From: Hadesarchaea archaeon
GTDB taxonomy: Archaea; Hadarchaeota; Hadarchaeia; Hadarchaeales; WYZ-LMO6
DNA length: 24,228 nucleotides
Reading direction: 5' to 3'
Assembly (NCBI GenBank): GCA_029259185.1
Contig: JAPDJF010000049.1
Coordinates: 1 to 24,228, forward strand
The notes below the pieces were generated by a model that was not told where the DNA came from, ran no database searches, and saw nothing but the letters and a program-made list of their open reading frames with translations. Shown here piece after piece: positions 1 to 8,154 of the stretch. Position 1 is the first letter of the stretch, and every line of letters starts with the position of its first letter. A program made the position numbers and the translations under genes.

Positions 1-112
1 CGACCACGTTGCGGCGCTCAACATCGCCGCTAGGGCCGCCGTCAACCGGCCTATTGTTCCGGGGTTTTTGGGACATTTCGGTTCCACCTCGGGGACAAGC
101 CCCTTCCTTTAG
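1..112 (+). CDS. tnpB: TnpB (IS200/IS605 RNA-guided endonuclease), C-terminal fragment truncated by window start
   Basis: Frame from nt 2 reads DHVAALNIAARAAVNRPIVPGFLGHFGSTSGTSPFL* (TAG 110-112); D-x-x-A-A-x-N-I is the RuvC-III motif of TnpB, and the ORF runs into an IS right-end hairpin. Confidence 0.88.
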   Translation, partial: DHVAALNIAARAAVNRPIVPGFLGHFGSTSGTSPFL

Positions 113-127
113 GGAGGGGTAGTTGAC
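1..127 (+). mobile_element. Right end (RE) of an IS200/IS605 (IS1341-like) element
   Basis: Subterminal hairpin CCCCTTCC-TTTA-GGGAGGGG (100-119), preceded by guide tetranucleotide CAAG (96-99) and ending ...GTAGTTGAC (127); CAAG/TGAC obeys the IS608-type guide/cleavage-site pairing rule. Confidence 0.85.
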
Positions 128-277
128 ACCCTAGGATAGGGCACGGACCAAAGCTTCCTATGGGGTAAATTGTGGAAGAAAACGAAAGCCCGAAGAGCTC
201 GTCGAGGATCTTCTTTTTCCGCAAGGCTCTACGGGAAGCGTGGGGCAAAAAAATTTTAACCGGGTCAGCCGATTCGT

Positions 278-2110
278 TCAAGGTCTGTAGACGTATCCGT
301 CAGGTTTTCCGTTGCCGTCCGCGTCGTAAAGCTCCGCTTTCTTACCGAGCTCCTCGCTCAATATTTTTCCCTGCTCGCTCGAAATCTCCTTCCCCCCACC
401 ACAATATCGCATGATATTGTTCGGCTCACGCCCACCCTGAGCTTGAGAGGCGTTATCGGGGGAATCCTTGATTCTCGAATTGCTAAATACGTGCATGAAT
501 TCATGCGCGATGTTGCGGTCGTGGATGTCTTTGCTCTTGTCAGTCCACACTCCAGATTTGCCATCGGTTTTCCAGCGGATACGAACACCGATCAGGTTCT
601 TGCCGCTTTTGGGGGATACCAAACAACATGGAAATACGTTGAATACGTTCACCCACTTGTCGTGTGGCCAGCCATCATCCAGCATCCGCCTGTACTCGCC
701 ATAAGCGTTGAGCTTTCCATCGTCTCCCACGTATTCATCCCATTTTTCTTTTGGAAGCTCGTTTACCTCATCGAGAAAGATTATCCAATAATCGAGCTTG
801 CACGCTTTCGCAGCTTTGTGGTAAACCTTCTCCGCTTTTTCGAATTCGCGATGCGCATCCGATGGACTGATCCCAGACTCCTTGAAGACCCACTTCTTTA
901 CCGGGACGATTATCCGCTTAAGTGGCTTAAGCACGGTTATGTGAGGAACGAAGGGGGCGGGGATATCTATCGGCACTAAGACCGTTTCGTAATCAACGAG
1001 GTGATCCTTCACATAGACCGGTTCTTTCTCCTCCTCATACAGCACCAGTTCCTTAACGACGACTTCGGGGGAGCTCTCTCCACGGGTGTTGTAAACATCG
1101 AATTCGTACTCGAACAAAACGTTGAAGACCGAGATCCTGCCCGGTTCCTCAGAGCCAGAGCCGACGAGCTTTATAGAATTGTCGCTTAAAGCTAGAATGC
1201 TCGGTTCATCAAACCCATCGAGCGGATTCCCATCCATAACGTCAATCATCTCCAACAGGGACTCATCGTATTCGAGCGTGGCCTCATATTTTACAAATTT
1301 CCCCTCCGGCCACAAGATACTGAACTTGAGCAAACATGCATTGTCATTTTCCGGCCAAATCGCGTGGATCCAACCATTTTCCTCCACATATTCTATCGAC
1401 AGGGGGGAGAGTTCTCGCTCGATTTCCACATCCAACGGTCCGAATTCTACTTCGAAATTCTCCGAAATCCCACTCAAGTTGTCCACTATGGTTACATTCT
1501 CCACACCCCAACTTATCGGGGCGAGCCTCGCCGTCCAAGAGCCGTTGGGATTTCGCTCAAGATTCTCCAGCTTAGCCATATCACTCAGAACCCTCGGAGT
1601 GAAATTTTCAACAGCATTTCCGTATCGATCACTCAAATAAAATTCGAACTCTAAAACATCTGAATCCCACTCCGAACGAATGAGGTCGATTCGCTCGGGT
1701 GCACCTGTTTTGAATTCAATGCTACCAGAAGCTGACGTATCCCCACACTCAGCAGAAAGATAATAAACCCCCGCCCAAGTAGAAACAAAACTCGCCGTGT
1801 ACCTCCCACCTCCCAGATCCTCTAAGGGTAACTCGAACTCACAGTCCCCGCCATACCCGTTCTCCAGAGCTAACACGAAGAGTGAAATCTCCAGCCCGCT
1901 TACGGGACGGTTTTCCGAATCATACGCGAGCACTGTTATTTCGCTCGATTCTCCAACAATCGCTGTGGGCTCTACCGAAAGAACGAGCAAGTGCACCGCC
2001 CTTTCCGGCCCCCTGAGAAGGATCACCGCTCCCGCCGAGCTCATGATAACGAGGACTATGATCAATCCAACGACCGCTGAAATACCTCTTTTCCCGCAAG
2101 GGGGGTACAT
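278..2110 (-). CDS. Membrane-anchored surface protein: class III (pilin-like) signal peptide, Ig-like domains, C-terminal HExxH zinc-metallopeptidase-like domain
   Basis: 610 aa; KRG/ISAVVGLIIVLVIM N-terminus; acidic beta-rich Ig-like segments (AYDSENRPVSG, DLGGGRYTASF, DRYGNAV); HEFMH plus downstream NNIMRY Met-turn-like motif; DADGNGKPD Ca-binding-like motif. Confidence 0.75.
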   Translation of the reverse strand: MYPPCGKRGISAVVGLIIVLVIMSSAGAVILLRGPERAVHLLVLSVEPTAIVGESSEITVLAYDSENRPVSGLEISLFVLALENGYGGDCEFELPLEDLGGGRYTASFVSTWAGVYYLSAECGDTSASGSIEFKTGAPERIDLIRSEWDSDVLEFEFYLSDRYGNAVENFTPRVLSDMAKLENLERNPNGSWTARLAPISWGVENVTIVDNLSGISENFEVEFGPLDVEIERELSPLSIEYVEENGWIHAIWPENDNACLLKFSILWPEGKFVKYEATLEYDESLLEMIDVMDGNPLDGFDEPSILALSDNSIKLVGSGSEEPGRISVFNVLFEYEFDVYNTRGESSPEVVVKELVLYEEEKEPVYVKDHLVDYETVLVPIDIPAPFVPHITVLKPLKRIIVPVKKWVFKESGISPSDAHREFEKAEKVYHKAAKACKLDYWIIFLDEVNELPKEKWDEYVGDDGKLNAYGEYRRMLDDGWPHDKWVNVFNVFPCCLVSPKSGKNLIGVRIRWKTDGKSGVWTDKSKDIHDRNIAHEFMHVFSNSRIKDSPDNASQAQGGREPNNIMRYCGGGKEISSEQGKILSEELGKKAELYDADGNGKPDGYVYRP

Positions 2111-2129
2111 CTGCCCCCTTCTCTTCCGC

Positions 2130-2140
2130 GTTTAAATAAT
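2130..2140 (-). promoter_or_regulatory. TATA box of the 610-aa gene (probably leaderless)
   Basis: ATTATTTAAAC on the minus strand about 20-30 nt upstream of ATG 2110. Confidence 0.5.
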
Positions 2141-2169
2141 TGGGGGGGTATAGAAACAAGCCATGAAAT

Positions 2170-3363
2170 CTATAGGGAGGGGAGCTTTTTTAATTGGTTC
2201 AGGACCCTCTCCCTTATTTTATCTACAGAAGGCAAAGCCGACACAAGTTTTCCGTTCTCTATCAGAGGGTGTAGCACCTCAGAGCACGTTTCTCCACACT
2301 TCGGACACGTCGGTCTAGATTCCCTCCAAGGCAACACCAGGTCTGCTAAGCACTTATCGCATCTCCAGACCCTCTTCTTCCCCCCAAGCTTGCCCCTCTT
2401 CGCAACCGGCCTTCCATCCATCTCCACGATATCCATTGCGAAATCAACCGTGGGGGCGTTGCTCAAAGAGGTCCCGATCCCAAAACCGTCCGCTCCAGCT
2501 TCGGATAGCTCTTTCACGTTCTCATCGTTTATCCCACCCGAAACGAATATCCGGACGTGATGGTACCCCCGGACATCGAGTTCCCATCTGACTTCTCGTA
2601 TCAAAGTGGCGAAGTCCCCTCTCCTTGAGCCTGGAGTATCGAGCCTGACCCCAAACAGCTTCTTCCCAAGCGCTTCCGCTGCCATGATGGACTCTATCTT
2701 CTCGTCGAAATACGTGTCAACGAGTGCTATTCGGGGGATCTCCTCGGATATCACTTCATCGAACGACTTCCAAGCTTTAACCTGATCGCCAAAGGCTATG
2801 ATCAACGCATGGGGCATCGTTCCCATCGGCTCCTTTCCTATAGCCCTCGCCCCCGCTAGGCTTGAAACTCCATCAAAGCCACCGATATAAGATGCACGAT
2901 CGATCATGGGGGAAAGGGCCGGATGGACTCTCCTTATTCCAAACCCGATGAGAGTTTTGTTTCCAACTATCTTTCTGAATCTAGCCGCCATCGTGGCCAC
3001 ACCCGAAGAATGACATGCGAACCCCAACATCGGAGTCTCAAGCTCGCAGAACTCTCCGTACGATCCTTCGATGATGATGACTGGGACCCTGAAGCCTCTA
3101 GCGTCCATCGGGGTGAAGATCGTGCCCTCAGGCATCGAGTAGACATTGACTTTTCTTCCCTCGAAGAGTCTTGCTACCTCTTCTATCCCACAAAGGACGC
3201 CCCAAGGCCAACCAGCGGGGAGTCCATTGCACGTCACTTCCGCAACAACACTCTTTCTGTGAAGCCCCTTCGCTTCCAAGATTTGACGAGTGCGTCTGAA
3301 ATACACGTCTGTGGTTTCCCCCATCTTGATATCTTCGTCTGAAGCGATGTGGAAGAGTTTCAC
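2170..3363 (-). CDS. pncB: Nicotinate phosphoribosyltransferase
   Basis: TDVYF, FGIRR, GTMPHAL, LVDTY, GVRLDTPGSRRG and VSGG motifs; C-terminal CxxC...CxxC; adjacent to nicotinamidase. Confidence 0.95.
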   Translation of the reverse strand: MKLFHIASDEDIKMGETTDVYFRRTRQILEAKGLHRKSVVAEVTCNGLPAGWPWGVLCGIEEVARLFEGRKVNVYSMPEGTIFTPMDARGFRVPVIIIEGSYGEFCELETPMLGFACHSSGVATMAARFRKIVGNKTLIGFGIRRVHPALSPMIDRASYIGGFDGVSSLAGARAIGKEPMGTMPHALIIAFGDQVKAWKSFDEVISEEIPRIALVDTYFDEKIESIMAAEALGKKLFGVRLDTPGSRRGDFATLIREVRWELDVRGYHHVRIFVSGGINDENVKELSEAGADGFGIGTSLSNAPTVDFAMDIVEMDGRPVAKRGKLGGKKRVWRCDKCLADLVLPWRESRPTCPKCGETCSEVLHPLIENGKLVSALPSVDKIRERVLNQLKKLPSL

Positions 3364-3908
3364 TTCGATGACCTCCCGAGCAGCTCTCTGAGGCCAATCA
3401 CCCTGACCCCATAAACTCGTCTCATGTATTCGAGGAAAAAGCGGTGGGCCCTTTCGTTTGGAGATGCCACACAGTCGGCGAGTACCGTTACATCATACCC
3501 CAAGAAAAAAGCATTTGCGGCCGTGTGTAAAACGCACACGTCGGTTAACACTCCCGTAAGGATCAAATTCTTCACCCTTCTTCTCCTCAGCTTCTCATCC
3601 AGCTCCGTGCCGAAAAAACCATTGTAAGTTCTCTTCTCTACCACCAAATCTCCAGCTCGGGGGCTGAGCTCTGGAATAACTTCGGCACCCTTCGTCCCCT
3701 TCACCGCATGCGGACCCCAGAGCTTGAACTCAGGATCCTTCGGTGGATGGGAATCACACACGTAAGCGATCGGTATTTTTTTTCTCTTAGCGAATTCTAG
3801 AAGCTCTTTGATGTTAGGGACTATCCTCCTAGCCCCTGCGAATCCGAATTTCCCCGTCACAAAATCATTGAGCATGTCTATGACCAAAACCGCTGATTTC
3901 GAAACCAT
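3360..3908 (-). CDS. pncA: Isochorismatase-family cysteine hydrolase, probable nicotinamidase
   Basis: VIDMLNDF, DSH, WGPHA, EKRTY, GVLTDVCV catalytic motifs; 4-nt overlap with pncB. Confidence 0.88.
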   Translation of the reverse strand: MVSKSAVLVIDMLNDFVTGKFGFAGARRIVPNIKELLEFAKRKKIPIAYVCDSHPPKDPEFKLWGPHAVKGTKGAEVIPELSPRAGDLVVEKRTYNGFFGTELDEKLRRRRVKNLILTGVLTDVCVLHTAANAFFLGYDVTVLADCVASPNERAHRFFLEYMRRVYGVRVIGLRELLGRSSK

Positions 3909-3926
3909 CTTAAAACGTTAATTCAT

Positions 3927-3945
3927 TCTAAAAATAGTTTTTCGG
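3927..3945 (-). promoter_or_regulatory. BRE/TATA of the pncA-pncB operon
   Basis: Minus strand CCGAAAAAC-TATTTTTAG about 20-35 nt upstream of ATG 3908. Confidence 0.5.
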
Positions 3946-3977
3946 AGTTCACGCTTGCACAAAAATACCGCAAAAGT

Positions 3978-4175
3978 CAAATGGATCCCAAAACTCAAGC
4001 CCGCCGACACCGGAAAAAGTTCGCCAGGTTTTTCGTATCCGTTTCAACCCCCTGCATGCGCATCCGGTGCCCGCTGCGGGCCCTTGGGGAGACTTCGAGC
4101 CCCCGAGCACGGAAATTGGCCTAAGGGGCTATCTGCGCAAAGCCGAACCTTAGCCACCACAGAAAGCTGGACCAT
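3978..4175 (-). pseudogene. Putative decayed ribosomal protein uS10 (rps10) pseudogene
   Basis: ATG overlaps the EF-1alpha stop (TAATG) at the position rps10 normally occupies in archaea; three frameshifted pieces resemble uS10 by eye: MVQLSVVAKVRLCADSP, MRMQGVETDTKNLANFFR (4063-4010) and VSAGLSFGIHL (4010-3978). Confidence 0.4.
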
Positions 4176-5416
4176 TAGCCTTCTCTCCTCACCAGATCCG
4201 TGCATATCCCCGCTCCTATCGTTTGCCCCCCATGCCTGATCGCGAATCTTGATAGCTGAGGGATATCACCCGTGCGCTCGATAACTAGGGGTTTTAGGGG
4301 AACCACTCTGATTACCCCTACTTCCCCCTTCTTCAAGCCCGGAGGGTGGCTCTCCAGAGTTTCCCCCGTGCGTGAGTCTATCTTGCTGATTACTTCCACT
4401 ATCCTCCCGGGTGCACTAGCTGCGTGACAGTGGAAAGTGGGAGTGAATCCCGCCCGGAGCTGGGAAGGATGGTTCAACACCACTATCTTAGCCGTGAATT
4501 CCTCCACCACGGTGGGGGGATTCTCGGGGTGCCCGGCCACGTCTCCTCGCTGAATCTCGTTTTTCGAGATCCCACGCACGTTGAACCCTATATTGTCACC
4601 AGGTACCGCTTTATCCATGGATTTATGATGCATCTCTATCGATCTGACCTCCCCCTTCTTCCCAGAGGGCTCGAAAACTAAGATATCGCCCACTCGTACC
4701 GATCCGGTTTCGACCCTCCCTATCGGAACTGTTCCTACTCCAGTTATCGAGAAAACGTTCTGGATCGGGATGCGCAAAGGTTTGTCAATGGGCTTTTCGC
4801 CTTCTCTCAAACTCTCCAGCGCCTCCACGAAGGTGGGGCCTCGATACCAAGAGGTTTTGGGGCTTACCTTCACGATGTTTTCTCCATGCCATGCGGAGAG
4901 AGGGATGTAAGGAAAATCCTCAGCTCTGGAGTACCCCAAATTCCTCAACATGGTGGAAATGTCATTTCTCAATTTCGTGTAGGTTCTTTCATCGAAGTTC
5001 ACTAGATCCATCTTATTTATCACCACTATCAGCTGGTTCACCCCAAGGGTGAACGCCAGTGCAGCGTGCTCTCTCGTCTGAGGCATTACTCCGTCATCTG
5101 CTGCGACTACCAACACGGCTGCATCCGCTTGACTGGCACCCGTTATCATGTTTTTAACGAAGTCCCTATGCCCCGGTGCATCGATTATTGTGATCACGTT
5201 TTTTCTCGTTTCGATCTTCTGGTAGGAAAGCTCTATGGTCAAGCCCCTCTCCCTTTCCTCCCTGAGACGATCCATCACCCAAGCGAATTTGAAGCTCCCG
5301 GCTTCTTCGGGGAGATCTTTGGTAGAGACTTGCCCTAATTCGAAGAGGGTTCTGCCCACAAGCGTGGATTTTCCGTGATCAACGTGTCCTATGAATACCA
5401 AGTTCACGTGCTGCAT
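4175..5416 (-). CDS. tuf: Translation elongation factor EF-1alpha, divergent (possible paralog)
   Basis: GHVDHGKST, ERERGLTI, DAPGHRDF, NKMD and SAW GTPase motifs; domains II/III recognisable (PLRIPIQ, EMHH, PGDNIGFNV, RFAIR). Confidence 0.92.
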   Translation of the reverse strand: MQHVNLVFIGHVDHGKSTLVGRTLFELGQVSTKDLPEEAGSFKFAWVMDRLREERERGLTIELSYQKIETRKNVITIIDAPGHRDFVKNMITGASQADAAVLVVAADDGVMPQTREHAALAFTLGVNQLIVVINKMDLVNFDERTYTKLRNDISTMLRNLGYSRAEDFPYIPLSAWHGENIVKVSPKTSWYRGPTFVEALESLREGEKPIDKPLRIPIQNVFSITGVGTVPIGRVETGSVRVGDILVFEPSGKKGEVRSIEMHHKSMDKAVPGDNIGFNVRGISKNEIQRGDVAGHPENPPTVVEEFTAKIVVLNHPSQLRAGFTPTFHCHAASAPGRIVEVISKIDSRTGETLESHPPGLKKGEVGVIRVVPLKPLVIERTGDIPQLSRFAIRHGGQTIGAGICTDLVRREG

Positions 5417-5499
5417 CCCAGATCACTATTTTTTTGGAATACTGAAATAAAACATCTAGCTCCTAGAGAGGCATTCGGGTTTGATCCACCGGAAAAGTG

Positions 5500-6228
5500 T
5501 TAAGTTATCGTTAGATTTGAACTCGCTTCTGTGGATTGTCCTTCGCTTTGGGATGGGGAAGTGATCAGGAGGACCCTGACATATCCTTCGATATTCGATT
5601 TCAATTCCCGCAGGCTCTTGATGAGTCTCTCCGAAGCGCGGGTGAGTGGAGTTAGGTATGTCTCCACCACCCCACCCCTCTTATGCTGAATCTCGTTTAG
5701 ATCCGAGAATATGAGTTCGCCATCGGAGATGTGTTTTTCCAGTGAAGCCAACACTTCTTGGAAAATGGCAGTTGAGGGGGTGTTGCTCAATTTTCCAACG
5801 GTTGTCTTCAGTTCTTTCACGAATTCGTTCACGCGGATGCTCAGATTCGATTTCGCTAGATCTCTCAGCTCGGGCTTGCTCATAAGCATAGACAATCTCG
5901 AGTTCAGCAGTCCAGCATTTGAAAGGATAGAGCTTAAGTCCACCTTGAGTACCCTAGCTGCCATCGTGAGTTCGGATGGACCCAGTTTTCTGAGTTCACG
6001 TGCGGGATCTTCTATATCCGCCCATATAGTAAAATCCTCTATAGGAATCTTCCCACCCTCCGGAAAAAATGAAGTGTAAAGAACAAGGATGGAAAACGCT
6101 ACTAAGCAAGCAGCTGCGGCTATACCGAAGACCCAGGGAGTCACACCTCCACCAATACCCAAACCAGCTGACAAGAGAGCCCCAAGCGAACACGCCACGG
6201 TCAGTATCGGAAGGGGATGAATCCTCAT
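5500..6228 (-). CDS. Hypothetical protein: two N-terminal TM helices plus helical/coiled-coil domain
   Basis: 242-aa ORF filling the gap between tuf and the divergent PPS gene; hydrophobic residues 5-55, then amphipathic helices. Confidence 0.7.
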   Translation of the reverse strand: MRIHPLPILTVACSLGALLSAGLGIGGGVTPWVFGIAAAACLVAFSILVLYTSFFPEGGKIPIEDFTIWADIEDPARELRKLGPSELTMAARVLKVDLSSILSNAGLLNSRLSMLMSKPELRDLAKSNLSIRVNEFVKELKTTVGKLSNTPSTAIFQEVLASLEKHISDGELIFSDLNEIQHKRGGVVETYLTPLTRASERLIKSLRELKSNIEGYVRVLLITSPSQSEGQSTEASSNLTIT

Positions 6229-6288
6229 CGATGGAAATGGTTTTGTTAAACAAAAAGCTTTTCGGAAAAGAGGGAAAAGAGATTAACC

Positions 6289-7083
6289 ATGGAAGAGATA
6301 TTTCCCGGACATCCCCGAGCCGAATCTCTTCGAATACGTAAAAGGATAGCTGAGGCCATGGAAATGGGGATAGTAGTTCCCGAGGGGCTGACAGCTCACG
6401 GAAGGGGCGAAGCGTTCGATTATCTGATAGGAGAGAAAACCACCGAGGTTGCCAAGAGGGCAATTGAAGCATCTGCTGCGGCGCTCTTGATGGCATCTCA
6501 CCCAGTTATATCGGTGAATGGAAATGCCGCCGCCTTGGTTCCTTCCGAGCTAGTTGAACTGTCGAAAATATGTGGGGCCAAACTCGAAGTAAATCTCTTC
6601 CACCGATCATTCCGACGCGAACTCCTGATAGCCGAACATCTGAAGAAACATGGAGGAGGGGAGATTTTAGGGGTTGGAGAAGAAAATGCTGTTCGACTGC
6701 CTGAGATCCAGAGTGAGAGGAGGAAAGCAGACAGGAGGGGAATCTACAAAGCTGATGTTATACTCGTTCCGCTCGAGGACGGAGACCGAACGGAAGCCCT
6801 CAAGAGGATGGGAAAATTCGTTATCGCCATTGACTTGAACCCCCTCTCGAGAACGGCTAGGGCGGCTGACATCACGATCGTTGACAACATCGTCAGGGCG
6901 GTTCCTCTGATGGTCGAAATCCTTAAGGAAATGAAGAGCAAACCCACCGATGTTCTGCGGAAGATGGTCAAATCTTTCGATAACGAAGCTAACTTGGCGG
7001 AGAGTCTGAAGTTTATGTCAAGACGCTTACTAGAACTCGCCGGAGAAACTCCAAACTATTTAAGCGGGGGGACGAAGGGGTGA
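6289..7083 (+). CDS. 4-phosphopantoate--beta-alanine ligase (archaeal phosphopantothenate synthetase)
   Basis: HPRAESL, GLTAHGRGEAFDYLIGE, SVNGN, VNLFHR, VPLEDGDR, DLNPLSRT and DNIVRA signatures. Confidence 0.95.
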   Translation: MEEIFPGHPRAESLRIRKRIAEAMEMGIVVPEGLTAHGRGEAFDYLIGEKTTEVAKRAIEASAAALLMASHPVISVNGNAAALVPSELVELSKICGAKLEVNLFHRSFRRELLIAEHLKKHGGGEILGVGEENAVRLPEIQSERRKADRRGIYKADVILVPLEDGDRTEALKRMGKFVIAIDLNPLSRTARAADITIVDNIVRAVPLMVEILKEMKSKPTDVLRKMVKSFDNEANLAESLKFMSRRLLELAGETPNYLSGGTKG

Positions 7084-7234
7084 AAAGAGTTGCTCCTGAG
7101 GAAAGAGATGTTCGAGAGGATCCAACCCGCAAGGCGGATCAACCGCGAGCAAGACGTGTTAGTTCAGCTTGAGCAAGACGAGTTTCTCCTGTTTATCCTC
7201 ACCATAGGGGACGAGGTCTGCTCGGGTGATTAAG

Positions 7235-8083
7235 ATGAATTCCAAAGTCACGGTGGTCACTCTCCTCGAGATGAAAGCGAGAGGCGAAAAGATTTCCATG
7301 CTTACCGCGTACGACTATCCTACCGCTCGTTTGATCGATGAGGTTGGAGTGGACGTGATCCTCATCGGTGATTCCCTGGGTAACGTATTGCTTGGATATC
7401 CCAACACCTTGCCTGTAACGATGGAGGAGATGATCCACCACACCAAGGCAGTGGCTCGAGCTGTCAAGAGGGCACTTGTGGTGGGGGACATGCCGTTCCT
7501 CTCCTACCAAACGAGCCTTGAGGATGCTATCTTGAATGCGGGGCGTTTCATAAAAGCCGGAGCGGAAGCCGTGAAAGTGGAGGGTGGGCGAAGCGTCATC
7601 GATAAGGTGAGGGCCATGATCGACGCAGGGATTCCTGTGATGGGTCACGTCGGTTTGACACCTCAGTGGATCCATCAATTTGGAGGTTACAAGGTGAGGG
7701 GGAGAACGGCTGATGCGGCTAAGATCATCTCTGAAGATGCGAAGGAACTCGAAAGGGCAGGGGTTTTCAGCGTAGTGCTCGAGGGAATACCGTGGCAAGT
7801 TGCTAAGATCATCACGAAAAGCTTGAAGGTACCGACCATAGGGATAGGAGCCGGACCCCACTGTGATGGACAAGTACTCGTGCTCCATGACATGCTAGGG
7901 ATATCCGATCGCGTGCCGAAGTTCGTGAAGAAGTACGGAAGGATAAAAGATGCTATGAAAAAAGCCATTTCGGATTTCAATCGAGAGGTAAAAGAACACA
8001 GATTCCCCACGCTTGAATTCTGCTATGAAATGCCCGAGGAAGAGCTGAGGAAGTTTCGAGCGCACGCACGAAGACACGGTTGA
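7235..8083 (+). CDS. panB: 3-methyl-2-oxobutanoate hydroxymethyltransferase (ketopantoate hydroxymethyltransferase)
   Basis: [38 protein letters not shown] and DGQVLV motifs; start could be 7226 (GTG) or 7235 (ATG). Confidence 0.96.
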   Translation: MNSKVTVVTLLEMKARGEKISMLTAYDYPTARLIDEVGVDVILIGDSLGNVLLGYPNTLPVTMEEMIHHTKAVARAVKRALVVGDMPFLSYQTSLEDAILNAGRFIKAGAEAVKVEGGRSVIDKVRAMIDAGIPVMGHVGLTPQWIHQFGGYKVRGRTADAAKIISEDAKELERAGVFSVVLEGIPWQVAKIITKSLKVPTIGIGAGPHCDGQVLVLHDMLGISDRVPKFVKKYGRIKDAMKKAISDFNREVKEHRFPTLEFCYEMPEEELRKFRAHARRHG

Positions 8084-8104
8084 GCTACCCGATAGAGCGG
8101 TGGA

Positions 8105-8150
8105 TTTTTAAGCCCCCAAACCGCCTTATTTTGGTTACCAAAGGAGGTGA
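8105..8150 (+). promoter_or_regulatory. TATA box and Shine-Dalgarno of the histone variant gene
   Basis: TTTTTAAG at 8105-8112; GGAGGTGA at 8143-8150, 4 nt before ATG 8155. Confidence 0.65.
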
Positions 8151-8154
8151 ATTG

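Larger units (their letters stand above)
1..145 (+). ncRNA. Putative TnpB omegaRNA (reRNA): scaffold overlapping the tnpB 3' end and RE, with guide from flanking DNA starting at 128 (ACCCTAGGATAGGGCA...)
   Basis: Established architecture of TnpB loci; boundaries are inferred, not observed. Confidence 0.6.

Noticed and set aside
4045-4130. GC-rich hairpins upstream of pncA-pncB as an NAD/PRPP riboswitch or SECIS
   Set aside because: They lie upstream of the apparent pncA TATA box, so not in its leader; no known consensus was recognised; the region is better explained as an rps10-like relic.
4175-5416. SelB or CysN assignment for the GTPase
   Set aside because: It has no SelB C-terminal domain, and the FKFAWVMD, EMHH and PGDNIGFNV motifs are EF-1alpha-type.
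7090-7233. 47-codon TTG ORF between PPS and panB ending [11 protein letters not shown] (CinA-like words)
   Set aside because: Short, the motif is at the wrong end and there is no further similarity; probably chance.
8080-8154. N-terminal tail on the histone variant (92-aa ORF call)
   Set aside because: The TATA box and SD lie inside this stretch, so the real start is ATG 8155.
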